A DNA stretch of 64,000 nt from a virus. Lineage: Duplodnaviria; Caudoviricetes. Shown here in pieces: positions 50,463 to 59,168 of this stretch. Under the pieces are notes generated by a model, which saw nothing but the letters and a program-made list of their open reading frames with translations, ran no database searches and was not told where the DNA came from. Every line of letters begins with the position of its first letter. Position 1 is the stretch's first letter. The position numbers and the translations under genes were made by a program. The DNA lies in the IMG/VR virus record IMGVR_UViG_3300032328_000581, positions 34,887-98,886 of that record. One strand, 5' to 3'.

Positions 50463-50594
50463 ATGGCTCAGGCAACTGGGCCATCACTAACTACGTAACA
50501 AAAGGGTTGCAGTACGAATCCGGCAGACATAGGCCGGATTGCTTTATGTGGGTGACAGTCACATAGGGTAAGAACTGGCCTTCTAGCCTAGGAG
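50463..50594 (+). ncRNA. Structured 5' leader (riboswitch-like) of the transglycosylase gene
   Basis: GCAA-tetraloop hairpin 50463-50484; stems 50517-50540 and 50542-50568; RBS AGGAG inside CTTCTA-GCC-TAGGAG hairpin. Confidence 0.45.
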
Positions 50595-50599
50595 ATAGT

Positions 50600-51121
50600 G
50601 TGAATTTTAATGCAAAACAGAAAATTGGAATACTAGTACTATGCGCCGCACTTCCGTGGATCCCTCCAGCTCTAGCAGCTGAATCAGACGGATCTACAGT
50701 AACGGCAGCTACCCCAGTAAAAACTGGGTTAGATCTATACAGGGGGGCTACAGAGCTCTCTGATACTGACTTGAAGGACCTGCTAAGCGAAGTAGGATTT
50801 AAAGGTCAGGCACTTAGGATCGCTTGGGCGGTTGCTAAAAAAGAGTCTAATGGGCGTCCAAAGGCCCACAATGGAGATACCCGCACTGGAGACAACTCTT
50901 ACGGGCTTTTCCAGATAAATATGCTTGGTAGCTTAGGCACCGATAGGAGAGAGAAGTTTGAACTTAAAAGTGACTTGGAGTTGTTTGATCCGGTAAAGAA
51001 TGCCCAGATCGCCTACTACATGACAAATGAGGGAAGCAACTGGTCTTCTTGGAAAATATATCCTGGAAAGAACAATGGTTCACGATACGCGGAGTTCTTT
51101 GAAGAATTCCCTAAACTATAA
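50600..51121 (+). CDS. Secreted lytic transglycosylase (SLT/lysozyme-like fold) with signal peptide
   Basis: Basic-hydrophobic signal ending ALA-A; AVAKKESNG catalytic Glu; SYGLFQIN; W.SW. Confidence 0.85.
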   Translation: MNFNAKQKIGILVLCAALPWIPPALAAESDGSTVTAATPVKTGLDLYRGATELSDTDLKDLLSEVGFKGQALRIAWAVAKKESNGRPKAHNGDTRTGDNSYGLFQINMLGSLGTDRREKFELKSDLELFDPVKNAQIAYYMTNEGSNWSSWKIYPGKNNGSRYAEFFEEFPKL

Positions 51122-51130
51122 CATTAACAT

Positions 51131-51164
51131 AAAAAACCCCCCGGTTATTAGCCGGGGGGTTTTT
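51131..51164. terminator. Bidirectional Rho-independent terminator
   Basis: AAAAAACCCCCCGG-TTATTAG-CCGGGGGGTTTTT between convergent genes. Confidence 0.9.
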
Positions 51165-51180
51165 GTTTGTGTTGAGAAGC

Positions 51181-52224
51181 TTATGAAGCTGTTGCCCAAG
51201 GTGTAATTGTGATTGTAGCTGTTGAAAGCACTGAAGCTGTTCCAGCTGCAACTGACTGAGCCTTGATTGTTCCAGCAACTGCCACAACTGAACCTGTAAT
51301 TGCTGAAAGAGACAATAGGGTGGTTGCTGTGGTTGTAACTGTAAATGTGTTGTCTGTAAGGCGTGTGACTGTGTAAGTACCATTAACAGAGGCGTCAACA
51401 CTTGAGATTGTGACCTTGTTACCGGTAACAAATCCGTGTGCTGAGTCTGTGATGGTTGTAACGCCTGAGCCTGCTGTACGTGAAGCCGCTGTTACAACGC
51501 CTGCAGCGTTTGTAGCTGCTGTAGCTGTAGTGATGTTAGCTGCTTCGTAACCAGCATCCTTAAGTGTGTCAAGGGCTACTGCTGTTGTCTCACCAAGTAC
51601 GTTAGGTACTACAATGAAAGGAATTCCTGCGCCATCAGCTGCTGAACGAGCTGTTGTCTTTTCTACCTTGCCGTACCACTGTCCTGTAATCTCGCCAGCG
51701 TTAGCTGCATTAGTTACTGTGAACTTAAGTGGGTTTGCTGTAGCAACAGTTGCTGCTGAAAGGTTGTAAGCTGAAGCTGTAAGACCTGTGATGTTTACAG
51801 AGTCTCCTGCTGAAAGTTCATTTTGTGATGTATATGTAACTGTTGTTCCGTTACCTGAAGCTGCTGTAACCATGTAGTTACCTGCCGCTTCTACATATGA
51901 AGGGAAGTTAGCCCACTCAGCTTCAATATCTGAGTGATTTCCAAGAGATGCGTTTAGACGAGCAGATGCAATCGTGCTCTTATTTGTCCATTGGCCGTTT
52001 TGTGAGGCCCCGTATGTCTCTGTAGCTGTTGGTGTGCCATCAGCACGCTCATCGTTAGGTAGAGGTGGGCGAGATCCCCAAACAAAATCTACTCGTAATT
52101 CTCCTGCTGAATCGGTAGCATTACCGTTGTTGTTGACTCCGGCTGGGTTTGCCGCAATTGCTACAGACTCTGCGCCCGTGGCGTTAGCAGACCCGAGGGC
52201 TGCTGGTAAGTTATAACTTGACAT
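51181..52224 (-). CDS. Ala/Thr-rich virion (decoration-like) protein with PASTA-like segment
   Basis: VPNVLGET...L.DAG and repeated HGF.TG.KVTI/GDSVNITG beta modules; own promoter and terminator. Confidence 0.6.
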   Translation of the reverse strand: MSSYNLPAALGSANATGAESVAIAANPAGVNNNGNATDSAGELRVDFVWGSRPPLPNDERADGTPTATETYGASQNGQWTNKSTIASARLNASLGNHSDIEAEWANFPSYVEAAGNYMVTAASGNGTTVTYTSQNELSAGDSVNITGLTASAYNLSAATVATANPLKFTVTNAANAGEITGQWYGKVEKTTARSAADGAGIPFIVVPNVLGETTAVALDTLKDAGYEAANITTATAATNAAGVVTAASRTAGSGVTTITDSAHGFVTGNKVTISSVDASVNGTYTVTRLTDNTFTVTTTATTLLSLSAITGSVVAVAGTIKAQSVAAGTASVLSTATITITPWATAS

Positions 52225-52278
52225 TATGTCCTTTTTCTCTAGAGAGGTATAATTTCGCCTGATCGGGGCGTAGGTCTT

Positions 52279-52314
52279 AGTATCCCGATTTTTTTAATTT
52301 AAGTACGGCTTAAC
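52279..52314 (-). promoter_or_regulatory. Candidate late promoter GTTAAGC-N23-GATACT
   Basis: Shared motif. Confidence 0.45.
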
Positions 52315-52571
52315 TAGCGACGCGACTTTTTGCCGGTCGGATATAGGTCAGAAGAATCAGGTTCTCCTGGGCCAGGGTTGTCCCAAGCGCGAGTTAGGTG
52401 GTCACCACCGCCGGTACGTCCCTTATCAATGTTTTCTTTATTCTTAGACATTTCTTGCTGTGCCTGGGCTTCAAGAGCGCTCCAGTCACCATTTGCAGGG
52501 AAGCCGTACTCGTCAGCCTCTTGGGCCTCAAGTTTGCGGTTTCTTACATTTGACGGTGGATTGGTTTTCAT
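52314..52571 (-). CDS. Hypothetical protein
   Basis: 85 aa, ATGA overlap. Confidence 0.6.
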   Translation of the reverse strand: MKTNPPSNVRNRKLEAQEADEYGFPANGDWSALEAQAQQEMSKNKENIDKGRTGGGDHLTRAWDNPGPGEPDSSDLYPTGKKSRR

Positions 52572-52861
52572 TTCTCGTTCTCTTTCTTGCCGGCTCGGCG
52601 CTTGTTCTCTTTAGCGGTGTTCTTGCTACGAGATATGGCCCGTAGGTTGCCCTTGGAGTCATTATTATGGTTATTGTCTTTATGGTCCACCGTGGTGTCC
52701 TTAGACTTAAGTTTACCGTTTTTTGCCTCGTAGTCAGCTCTAGCTTTGTTCTTAGAAGTCGTGACCCACTTACCGCCTACCTTTTTCTTGTAGACGTATA
52801 TAGGGCGTCCGCCATTAGCAGCGGACCCCTTATACGGACCAAACTTCTTGACTTCAGACAT
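52568..52861 (-). CDS. HNH endonuclease-like protein
   Basis: VDHKDNNHNND...NLRAISRSKN. Confidence 0.75.
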   Translation of the reverse strand: MSEVKKFGPYKGSAANGGRPIYVYKKKVGGKWVTTSKNKARADYEAKNGKLKSKDTTVDHKDNNHNNDSKGNLRAISRSKNTAKENKRRAGKKENEK

Positions 52862-53082
52862 TACTTCTTTTTATCCTTCTTAATCTTCTTAATGATCTTG
52901 GCGTCAATCTTCTTGTCTTCAGCCATAGTCTTAGGCTTCTTCTTCTTGCCGTGAGCCTTGTCAGCCTTCTCAAAGGCCTTCTTGTCTTCTTTACCAAAAG
53001 CCGCCTTCTTAAGCATTGCAGCGTCTTTCTTCTTATCCTTAGACTCGGTGTACTTACCAGACATAAATCCCATAGCAGCCAT
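52861..53082 (-). CDS. Lys-rich small protein
   Basis: Extremely K/D-rich, TAATG coupling. Confidence 0.7.
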   Translation of the reverse strand: MAAMGFMSGKYTESKDKKKDAAMLKKAAFGKEDKKAFEKADKAHGKKKKPKTMAEDKKIDAKIIKKIKKDKKK

Positions 53083-53225
53083 TACATTCCCTTTTTTCTG
53101 TTCATAGTGGCCTTCTTAGCAGGAGCTTTTGAAGACGCTTTCTTATCAAACTTCTTATTAGCAGCGGCTAGAGTTTTCATGCCGTGCTTATCTTTTGGCT
53201 TACCACAGCCACAGGTGGCGCACAT
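53082..53225 (-). CDS. Cys/Lys-rich microprotein (47 aa, not in ORF track)
   Basis: MCATCGCGKPKDKHGMKTLAAANKKFDKKASSKAPAKKATMNRKKGM; TAATG coupling on both sides. Confidence 0.75.
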   Translation of the reverse strand: MCATCGCGKPKDKHGMKTLAAANKKFDKKASSKAPAKKATMNRKKGM

Positions 53226-53389
53226 TACTTCTTCTTCTTCTTTCGTAGAGCAGCAAAGTCAGATCCTTCTAGCTTGCCGTCTTTGTCTACATCAAGTTTC
53301 TTTTGCTTTGGAGACATTTTCTTTGCAGTCTTCTTGCAAGCGCCTTTACAGCCCGGCTTTGAACAACCGCATCCGCATGATTTACACAT
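53225..53389 (-). CDS. Microprotein with metallothionein-like Cys cluster and EF-hand loop (54 aa, not in ORF track)
   Basis: MCKSCGCGCSKPGCKGACKKTAKKMSPKQKKLDVDKDGKLEGSDFAALRKKKKK. Confidence 0.75.
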   Translation of the reverse strand: MCKSCGCGCSKPGCKGACKKTAKKMSPKQKKLDVDKDGKLEGSDFAALRKKKKK

Positions 53390-53399
53390 ATTTTATTTC

Positions 53400-53636
53400 C
53401 TATCTGTAGTTGGAGGTTTTCTTTGCTATCTTTTTTGGTTGAGCTACAAACTGTTTTCCCGACTTGTTTCCCTTTGCTTTAGCTTTATTAGTAGCAGCTT
53501 TTTCTGACGCAGAAAGGGCATTCCAAGCCTTGTCCGGTAGGTAACGCTTTTTACCCTTAGATTCTTTGCCATCAGAAGTGCGCCACTTTTCGGCTGTCCA
53601 CTTGCTTAATGACTGCTGCGATTTAGCTTTAGCCAT
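53400..53636 (-). CDS. Basic protein, DUF5872-like (C-terminal half)
   Basis: QQSLSKWT.EKWRT...RYLP.KAW..LS..EK.ATN.AK....KQFV. Confidence 0.65.
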   Translation of the reverse strand: MAKAKSQQSLSKWTAEKWRTSDGKESKGKKRYLPDKAWNALSASEKAATNKAKAKGNKSGKQFVAQPKKIAKKTSNYR

Positions 53637-53637
53637 T

Positions 53638-53847
53638 TTAGTCCTTGTATCCTCCGCCTGCCTTCTTATACTCGGCAGCAAGAAGTTGGGCTTTACGGGC
53701 TGACCATTCTCCTGGGTCTCCGCCCTTTGATCCAGCTTTAATCTTATTAAATTTTGCTTTACGCATGCCAGGCTTAGTATAGTTACCGGCCTCGTTAACC
53801 TTAGACTTAGTCTTTGGTTTTGCAGCAGCTTTTTTCTTAGTAGCCAT
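53638..53847 (-). CDS. Basic protein, DUF5872-like (N-terminal half)
   Basis: YTKP.MR....IKAGSKGG.PGEWSARKAQLLA.EYKKAGGGY. Confidence 0.65.
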   Translation of the reverse strand: MATKKKAAAKPKTKSKVNEAGNYTKPGMRKAKFNKIKAGSKGGDPGEWSARKAQLLAAEYKKAGGGYKD

Positions 53848-54056
53848 TATTTGCCCTTCTTATGGGGATTCTTTTTATGCCAGTCTTTAGTTGCCTTCAC
53901 GCCCTCTTTGACGCTCTTGGCCCCAGCTTTTTTGGTTAGGTTAATTTTATCGTATTTCCCAGCTTTTGCGCTCTTAGCGTGGTCGACTATAATCTCGCCT
54001 TTTTTATTCTTTTTTATGACGTGATCTGCTCCGCCGGCTTTAATTTTAGTGCTCAT
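53847..54056 (-). CDS. Lys-rich small protein
   Basis: Start MSTKIK with ATGA overlap. Confidence 0.65.
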   Translation of the reverse strand: MSTKIKAGGADHVIKKNKKGEIIVDHAKSAKAGKYDKINLTKKAGAKSVKEGVKATKDWHKKNPHKKGK

Positions 54057-54730
54057 AGTGGTATTCCCCATCCTGAAAATGAAGTAGAAGCTGTAGCCTC
54101 ATATACAACAAATGCAGCCATGCTAGTCGTACTAGTTGCTAGTGAAGAAGTTCCAACTCCAGTAGTAGTTGTAGTCGCATCAGTTGCTAGTTTATACTGG
54201 GTGTGGACTCCTCTACTTCCAGATCCGCCAACAACAGCGTTTCCTAAAGCGGTCCAAGTTGCTCCGGGCGTATATGTAGGCGCACCACTGCCCTGCAGAT
54301 TTCCCCTTGCCATACCAAAATATAAATCTCCACTCTTTGTGGCTGAAGGAGTGGTTACGTTTGCGTATGCAGTGGTACCCGCTACAGTTGTAACAGCAGA
54401 GCGAGAACCACTTGCACCAGTAAAATATGTTCCAACCATATAACAAATAGTGGTTGAGGCAGAAACAATAGTTACTGTAAAAGAAGACCCCGTACCAACT
54501 GTAGTTCTCCAAAATGTTCTAATAGACTGCCCAGAAGTTATGGATTCAATCTGAGTCCAAGAGCCTCCAGCAGAGTCAGTTACTGTTATTAACCCACCAG
54601 CAAAAGAAGTAGTTAAAGCCATTGTTATTGATAAATAAGCCCCTGCTGGCAAAACAGCACTTGTTGTTGTTCTAGTAGATGCACTAGAAAATCCTAAAAA
54701 AGTATTCCAAGTAGTTGCGGTTACTGGCAT
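54053..54730 (-). CDS. Thr/Ser-rich beta-sandwich virion surface protein
   Basis: ITVTDSAGGSWT and T.SGDL modules. Confidence 0.6.
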   Translation of the reverse strand: MPVTATTWNTFLGFSSASTRTTTSAVLPAGAYLSITMALTTSFAGGLITVTDSAGGSWTQIESITSGQSIRTFWRTTVGTGSSFTVTIVSASTTICYMVGTYFTGASGSRSAVTTVAGTTAYANVTTPSATKSGDLYFGMARGNLQGSGAPTYTPGATWTALGNAVVGGSGSRGVHTQYKLATDATTTTTGVGTSSLATSTTSMAAFVVYEATASTSFSGWGIPL

Positions 54731-54731
54731 G

Positions 54732-55526
54732 CTACACCAGCGTTAAAGTTACAGTTAAGTCCGTACCAGCGATTGTTGATCCAACCTGCGTAATGCTCAC
54801 TGTTACATAATCACCCGATACCACCGAGGTTGATGGAGCAGATGTTGCAGTAAAGTTAGTAGCAGTAATAGTTGTGTCGCCGATACTTGTTCCGTTTTTA
54901 AATACCCGCACAATAAGGCTTGCACCTGTTGGGGCAGTTCCAACGCTTGCTCGTACCTGAGAGATAGTTCTTGAGGAGTCAAAGTAATATCGCGCTAGAC
55001 CTGTAGTAACAGCTAAGGTTCCTTGCTGGCTATAGACTACGTTTGTTCCACCAGTAGCTCCAGTTGGGCCTGTAGCTCCCGTAGGACCCGTAGGACCAGC
55101 ATCTCCAGTAAGGGACATTACAACAATAATGTCGTGGCCATTTGCAAAGTTTGTTGTTCCAGTTCCACCGGAACTTACTAGGGTTACGGGAATCTGAACG
55201 TAGCTATTAGGAACGGAAGTTATAGTCCCAGAAACAGTCCATTTTTGAAAATTTGCAGAGTTGTTTTGATCTTGCAAGACAAGTGAGTCGCCTGTATTAA
55301 GAAGTTCTAAAAAGATGTCTATATCAACATTGCCTCTTGTTAAATGGCTAATAGTTAGTTGAGTAGAACTTATTTGAGTAGCATTATTCCAAAGTACGTT
55401 ACCATTACCTGGAGCACCAGAAGTAGCGTTTGCTTTAGAATTATACTCATAGTAACTAGACGACTGACCATTAGATCCTGCGGGACCAGTCGGGCCCAGC
55501 GCAGTAGAATATTGAATTTTTGACAT
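54732..55526 (-). CDS. Short fibre protein with collagen triplets
   Basis: GPTG repeats; C-terminal ASVGTAPTGA...GDYVTVSITQVGSTIAG.DL domain. Confidence 0.7.
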   Translation of the reverse strand: MSKIQYSTALGPTGPAGSNGQSSSYYEYNSKANATSGAPGNGNVLWNNATQISSTQLTISHLTRGNVDIDIFLELLNTGDSLVLQDQNNSANFQKWTVSGTITSVPNSYVQIPVTLVSSGGTGTTNFANGHDIIVVMSLTGDAGPTGPTGATGPTGATGGTNVVYSQQGTLAVTTGLARYYFDSSRTISQVRASVGTAPTGASLIVRVFKNGTSIGDTTITATNFTATSAPSTSVVSGDYVTVSITQVGSTIAGTDLTVTLTLV

Positions 55527-55801
55527 TAACGACCTACCCTAAGAACGGCAACAGAGGCTGAAGCGTCTTGGTGTATAACGTATAGCTCATCGTTTGCGGA
55601 TAAACTATCAATACCTACAGTTGCTGCAGGTGCAATACGAACTCCGTAAGAGCTGCTTGTAACCCCCACCCCACCAAGGTAGGCAACACCTGTTCCAAGA
55701 TTCTGAACCTGAATGGTAACTGAAGTAAAAGTATCTGTTGTATCTGTAACTGCAACTGCAGTTGAGTTATTTACAGTGATTAATGCATGTGAAATAGACA
55801 T
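55526..55801 (-). CDS. Small beta-sandwich virion protein
   Basis: VQNLG...AYLGG.GVT...YG......DELY; start MSISHA. Confidence 0.65.
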   Translation of the reverse strand: MSISHALITVNNSTAVAVTDTTDTFTSVTIQVQNLGTGVAYLGGVGVTSSSYGVRIAPAATVGIDSLSANDELYVIHQDASASVAVLRVGR

Positions 55802-56082
55802 TAGCAGTCCCACGCTCTCCGCGCTTTATTCAAGCGACTATTAGGATCTTTAGCTGCTTTAGGAAACATCTTAGCTTGCCCAGCTGATCTAGCGCAGTAA
55901 GATTTACGACGAGCAGCAGACTTCTTAGATTTAGCCGCTTCTTCCTTTTTTACGGGTGGTTTTAACGTTCCGCCGGTTTCGCGCTTATATGATGCCCGCC
56001 CCTTAGCGTTTAGGCCGCCATTTTTATTCTGACCTTCTTTACGGGTCCAGGCTGCTGATTTCTTTTTAGTTGCTGCCGCCAC
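55801..56082 (-). CDS. Basic protein, DUF6321-like
   Basis: GGLNAKGRASY....G.LK.P...RRKSYCARS.GQ...DPNSRLNKARRAWDC; GTG start at 56082. Confidence 0.65.
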   Translation of the reverse strand: MAAATKKKSAAWTRKEGQNKNGGLNAKGRASYKRETGGTLKPPVKKEEAAKSKKSAARRKSYCARSAGQAKMFPKAAKDPNSRLNKARRAWDC

Positions 56083-56369
56083 TAGTCTAGATCCTTTCGA
56101 GATGCCGGTCTTGGTTCTGGTGCGCAATTGCGTCGAACGTGGTCCATCGCCTTGCCCCAAATAACCTTTGTGTTATTCTCCATAGAGAATTGACTCAAAG
56201 ATAAACGTTTATTGTACCTGTCAGGCGCAGCCTTGACAGTCTCACCGCAATTATCGCAAGTCCAAGAATGAGTCTGGTCAGACTTATTCCACTTAACGTC
56301 ACCAAGATTGGCGGTCTTTTTGGCTAGATCACTAACTGGTGGACGTTTTTTACGACTTCTGGCTGCCAT
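56082..56369 (-). CDS. Basic protein with zinc-binding motif
   Basis: WTCDNCG...H....C. Confidence 0.6.
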   Translation of the reverse strand: MAARSRKKRPPVSDLAKKTANLGDVKWNKSDQTHSWTCDNCGETVKAAPDRYNKRLSLSQFSMENNTKVIWGKAMDHVRRNCAPEPRPASRKDLD

Positions 56370-58083
56370 CGTTGTTTACCTCAGTAAACTTGTTGGTCAC
56401 ATTAGACATAACTCGAACTGCTCTAGGGGCGCGTCGTTTTCCTCCACGACCTTCACTAGCCAAGGCTCGTTGTTCTTTAGCCTTTGCAGCTCCGCGCTCG
56501 CGTTGTTCAGTAACTTGACCTATTCTTCGCGTCCTATGAAGGTTAGCTTCTTTTCTAATTTTTGAAAATAGTTCCGGATTTTTGTGTTTTGCCTCAAATA
56601 CGGCGGCTACAGCATCTCGCTCGTTGTACCTAACGCCAGCTGCTTGTGCTTTAGTCTTTAAAAAGCTTCTAAGATGATGCGGCTCTAAATCAATTCCGCC
56701 TACTTGGTCTCCATTTGGTTTGTTTGGATCTTTAGGCTTAACTGGGTTTCCTTCAACAGGTACGCGTATGAACTTAGTTAGTGCGTGCATACGGTCTTCG
56801 TGAGAAGCCATAATACCAAAAGGGGTCTCTTTAGGGCGATCAGGTTGTGCTGAAATTTCCCCTGCACGGGTCATTTTAATTGGGTAATCCATTGCAGAGA
56901 CCGCCTCACCTACACGAGGTGCCCCCTTAGGAACATCTCGAGTGTAAGACTTAGTTAAATCTCGCTCATCTGCTCTTGTTACAGAAACAGTTGGGCCTGG
57001 GCGTTCCCCACGAACAACAGTTCCGCTCTTAAGCTTCTTATCTGCTTTCTTAGGCTCACGAATAATAGACTCAGCCTTATCAATAACAGCTGATTTTTCA
57101 GTTGGATCAGCAATTTTTTCAGCACGCTTAAGCATGCTACCCTTTAAAGCATCTTTATTAGCATCAAGGCGAGCAGCTTTTTCTCTAGCAAGCGTGTCAG
57201 TCTTTTCGCTGCGTTCTTGAGCTCTTGCATTAAGAACGTTAGAAGTTCTTGCCCCACCCTCTGCGGCTCCTTGGTATCCACTACTTGCGCCAGGTTCTAA
57301 AGCTCGCATAGCATTATAACGAGCCTTGCGCTCAATCCTTCTACGTCTTCCGGTAGTGGTATCGCCAGCAGATCTAGCCATAGCACCTGGGTTTAGGATA
57401 CCGGCCGAAGTGTTACCTCCAGGAATAAGCTTTCCTTCTGGAATACGCATTGAAGGTGCTTCTGATTCTGGTACAGCAACTACTGGTGCAGCTTTAGCAG
57501 CAGCAATTTTTTCTTTAGCCTTTGCTGTGCGCTTAGATGTACGTCTTTCTTTTACTGACTTAGGTACGTCAGCGCGAGCTCTAGTCTCTTTATCCTCTTT
57601 AACTTGCGCACGCTTACCGGCTTCTTTAACTAACGTCTTATCATTTATTGTTAGATCATTTAATGCTATTTGTTTTTCTTCGCCTACAAGTTGGCGTATA
57701 TCACCAGACTTACTTACGCGAGAAAGCCCAGAACCTAATGAGCGTTCAGCAATCTTACGAACTGCTTTCTTTTTTACAACTGGAGCAACATCTTGATGCC
57801 CAGCACTGCTAGATAGCTCTCTATCTTTAGCTTCTATTTTTAAGGGGGCTACGGGACCGGCATCGGGCCTAATTCGCTCAACTGCTTTAGCGCGACTTGC
57901 AGCATCTGCAGCAGCCTGTGCTTCACGCTCTGACTTCTTTGGGCGCTCTGTAATATTAACTGCGGATGTGCGATACTCTTCTGGAGTAGAAAGACCTATC
58001 TCACGAGCTTTACGAGACTCTCTTGAATACTTCTTAGCTTTTTCGCTTTTTTGTTTCATTACTCTATTGCCGGTACGCGCCAT
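56350..58083 (-). CDS. Large K/R/A-rich low-complexity protein (577 aa)
   Basis: Long ORF with TAATG coupling; few aromatic residues. Confidence 0.75.
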   Translation of the reverse strand: MARTGNRVMKQKSEKAKKYSRESRKAREIGLSTPEEYRTSAVNITERPKKSEREAQAAADAASRAKAVERIRPDAGPVAPLKIEAKDRELSSSAGHQDVAPVVKKKAVRKIAERSLGSGLSRVSKSGDIRQLVGEEKQIALNDLTINDKTLVKEAGKRAQVKEDKETRARADVPKSVKERRTSKRTAKAKEKIAAAKAAPVVAVPESEAPSMRIPEGKLIPGGNTSAGILNPGAMARSAGDTTTGRRRRIERKARYNAMRALEPGASSGYQGAAEGGARTSNVLNARAQERSEKTDTLAREKAARLDANKDALKGSMLKRAEKIADPTEKSAVIDKAESIIREPKKADKKLKSGTVVRGERPGPTVSVTRADERDLTKSYTRDVPKGAPRVGEAVSAMDYPIKMTRAGEISAQPDRPKETPFGIMASHEDRMHALTKFIRVPVEGNPVKPKDPNKPNGDQVGGIDLEPHHLRSFLKTKAQAAGVRYNERDAVAAVFEAKHKNPELFSKIRKEANLHRTRRIGQVTEQRERGAAKAKEQRALASEGRGGKRRAPRAVRVMSNVTNKFTEVNNDGSQKS

Positions 58084-58703
58084 TATTTATTACCCCTGTT
58101 TCCAGTTTCAATATTGGAATTTCTAACTTCTGTTAGTCCTCCGCCGGTAGATACTTTTTTACTATTCTTTTTTCCTGAGGGCATACCTGCTGCTGCTTTC
58201 TTTGCACGAGGCTTTCCAGCAGAAGTTTTTTTAGCTGCAGTTTTTTTAGGTTTAGAGTTTTTAGCAGCTTCTGCCCTAAGTCTTGCAGTTTCAAGCTTAT
58301 CTGCAGCCATTTCTCTTTTAAGCTCAGTGTTTTTAATTAACTGATCTCCATAAGACGGGGTATTGTCTGGCTCACCGGTGCTATAACGACCGGCGGAAAC
58401 ATTTCTACGAGTAACTCTTTTAAGCTTACCCGTTCTTTCGTCAATTCGCATATCGCTGCCGTGGGTATTGATATGCTTGTTTGCTAAATCAAATTCTGTT
58501 TTACGACCAATTATGTCAGCTGCTGCTTGAGCCGCGTAGCGCTTTACGGTGCTTTCATCTCTACGATCTTGTTGATAATTAAATACTTCAATGTTTTGTT
58601 TTGCGCGAGTCATGCCCATCGCTAATTGACCTAGACGGCCAAGAATGTTGCCCGACTTTGCACTGGCTTCTACCGGCTGAAAGCCGCCTTTTCCGATTGG
58701 CAC
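58083..58703 (-). CDS. Basic protein with histone H1-like AKK tail
   Basis: KPKKTAAKKTSAGKPRAKKAAA. Confidence 0.7.
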   Translation of the reverse strand: MPIGKGGFQPVEASAKSGNILGRLGQLAMGMTRAKQNIEVFNYQQDRRDESTVKRYAAQAAADIIGRKTEFDLANKHINTHGSDMRIDERTGKLKRVTRRNVSAGRYSTGEPDNTPSYGDQLIKNTELKREMAADKLETARLRAEAAKNSKPKKTAAKKTSAGKPRAKKAAAGMPSGKKNSKKVSTGGGLTEVRNSNIETGNRGNK

Positions 58704-58727
58704 GTAAAGATATCCTAACTTTAAGTA

Positions 58728-58928
58728 TTAATACGTAAGAAGTTTAGCAACTCCACCTTGGCCTGTAAGGGCAAGGGCGTGCTTATTGTAGTGGTGTTGG
58801 CAGAAATAAAGGGGGCCAAAAGGCAGATCGCATTTAATTAGCGCCTTGGCAGAGCAGCCGTCACACCTAGGCGATAGCTCCTGCGGAAGCATCTCCACCA
58901 GCTGCGGCGTCTCCTGTAGTTGGGGCAC
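58728..58928 (-). CDS. Small zinc-finger protein of actinobacterial type (DUF7455-like)
   Basis: RCDGCSAKA.......GPLYFCQHH...H..AL. Confidence 0.65.
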   Translation of the reverse strand: MPQLQETPQLVEMLPQELSPRCDGCSAKALIKCDLPFGPLYFCQHHYNKHALALTGQGGVAKLLTY

Positions 58929-59097
58929 TAGAGTCTCCTTCGGTATTATTGTTGTTTTGGGAATTATTTGACTGTGCAGTTGTTAAATATCCGCCGCCGC
59001 CACCCCAGAAAGAATACGTGGGGACCAGAACTCCTCCGACCCAAAGCATGCCGGCACTTTTTCTCAAATAATTGATTTGTTGTTTGCTCAGCTCCAT
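58867..59097 (-). CDS. Hypothetical protein
   Basis: Begins 7 nt after a candidate -10 element (leaderless); low-complexity tail. Confidence 0.5.
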   Translation of the reverse strand: MELSKQQINYLRKSAGMLWVGGVLVPTYSFWGGGGGYLTTAQSNNSQNNNNTEGDSSAPTTGDAAAGGDASAGAIA

Positions 59098-59104
59098 ATA
59101 ACGA

Positions 59105-59140
59105 ATGCTCCCAGATTTGCAGAGATATAGTCGTTCAAAC
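59105..59140 (-). promoter_or_regulatory. Candidate late promoter GTTTGAA-N23-GAGCAT
   Basis: Shared motif. Confidence 0.4.
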
Positions 59141-59168
59141 GCGGGCTTTTTTGGGGGCCTTTTTGTAG

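Noticed and set aside
50463-50594. c-di-AMP (ydaO) riboswitch
   Set aside because: I could not find the conserved ydaO sequence blocks as I recall them; an Rfam scan is needed.
52568-52861. HNH gene as part of an intron or mobile element
   Set aside because: Free-standing, translationally coupled to neighbours, and no interrupted host gene.
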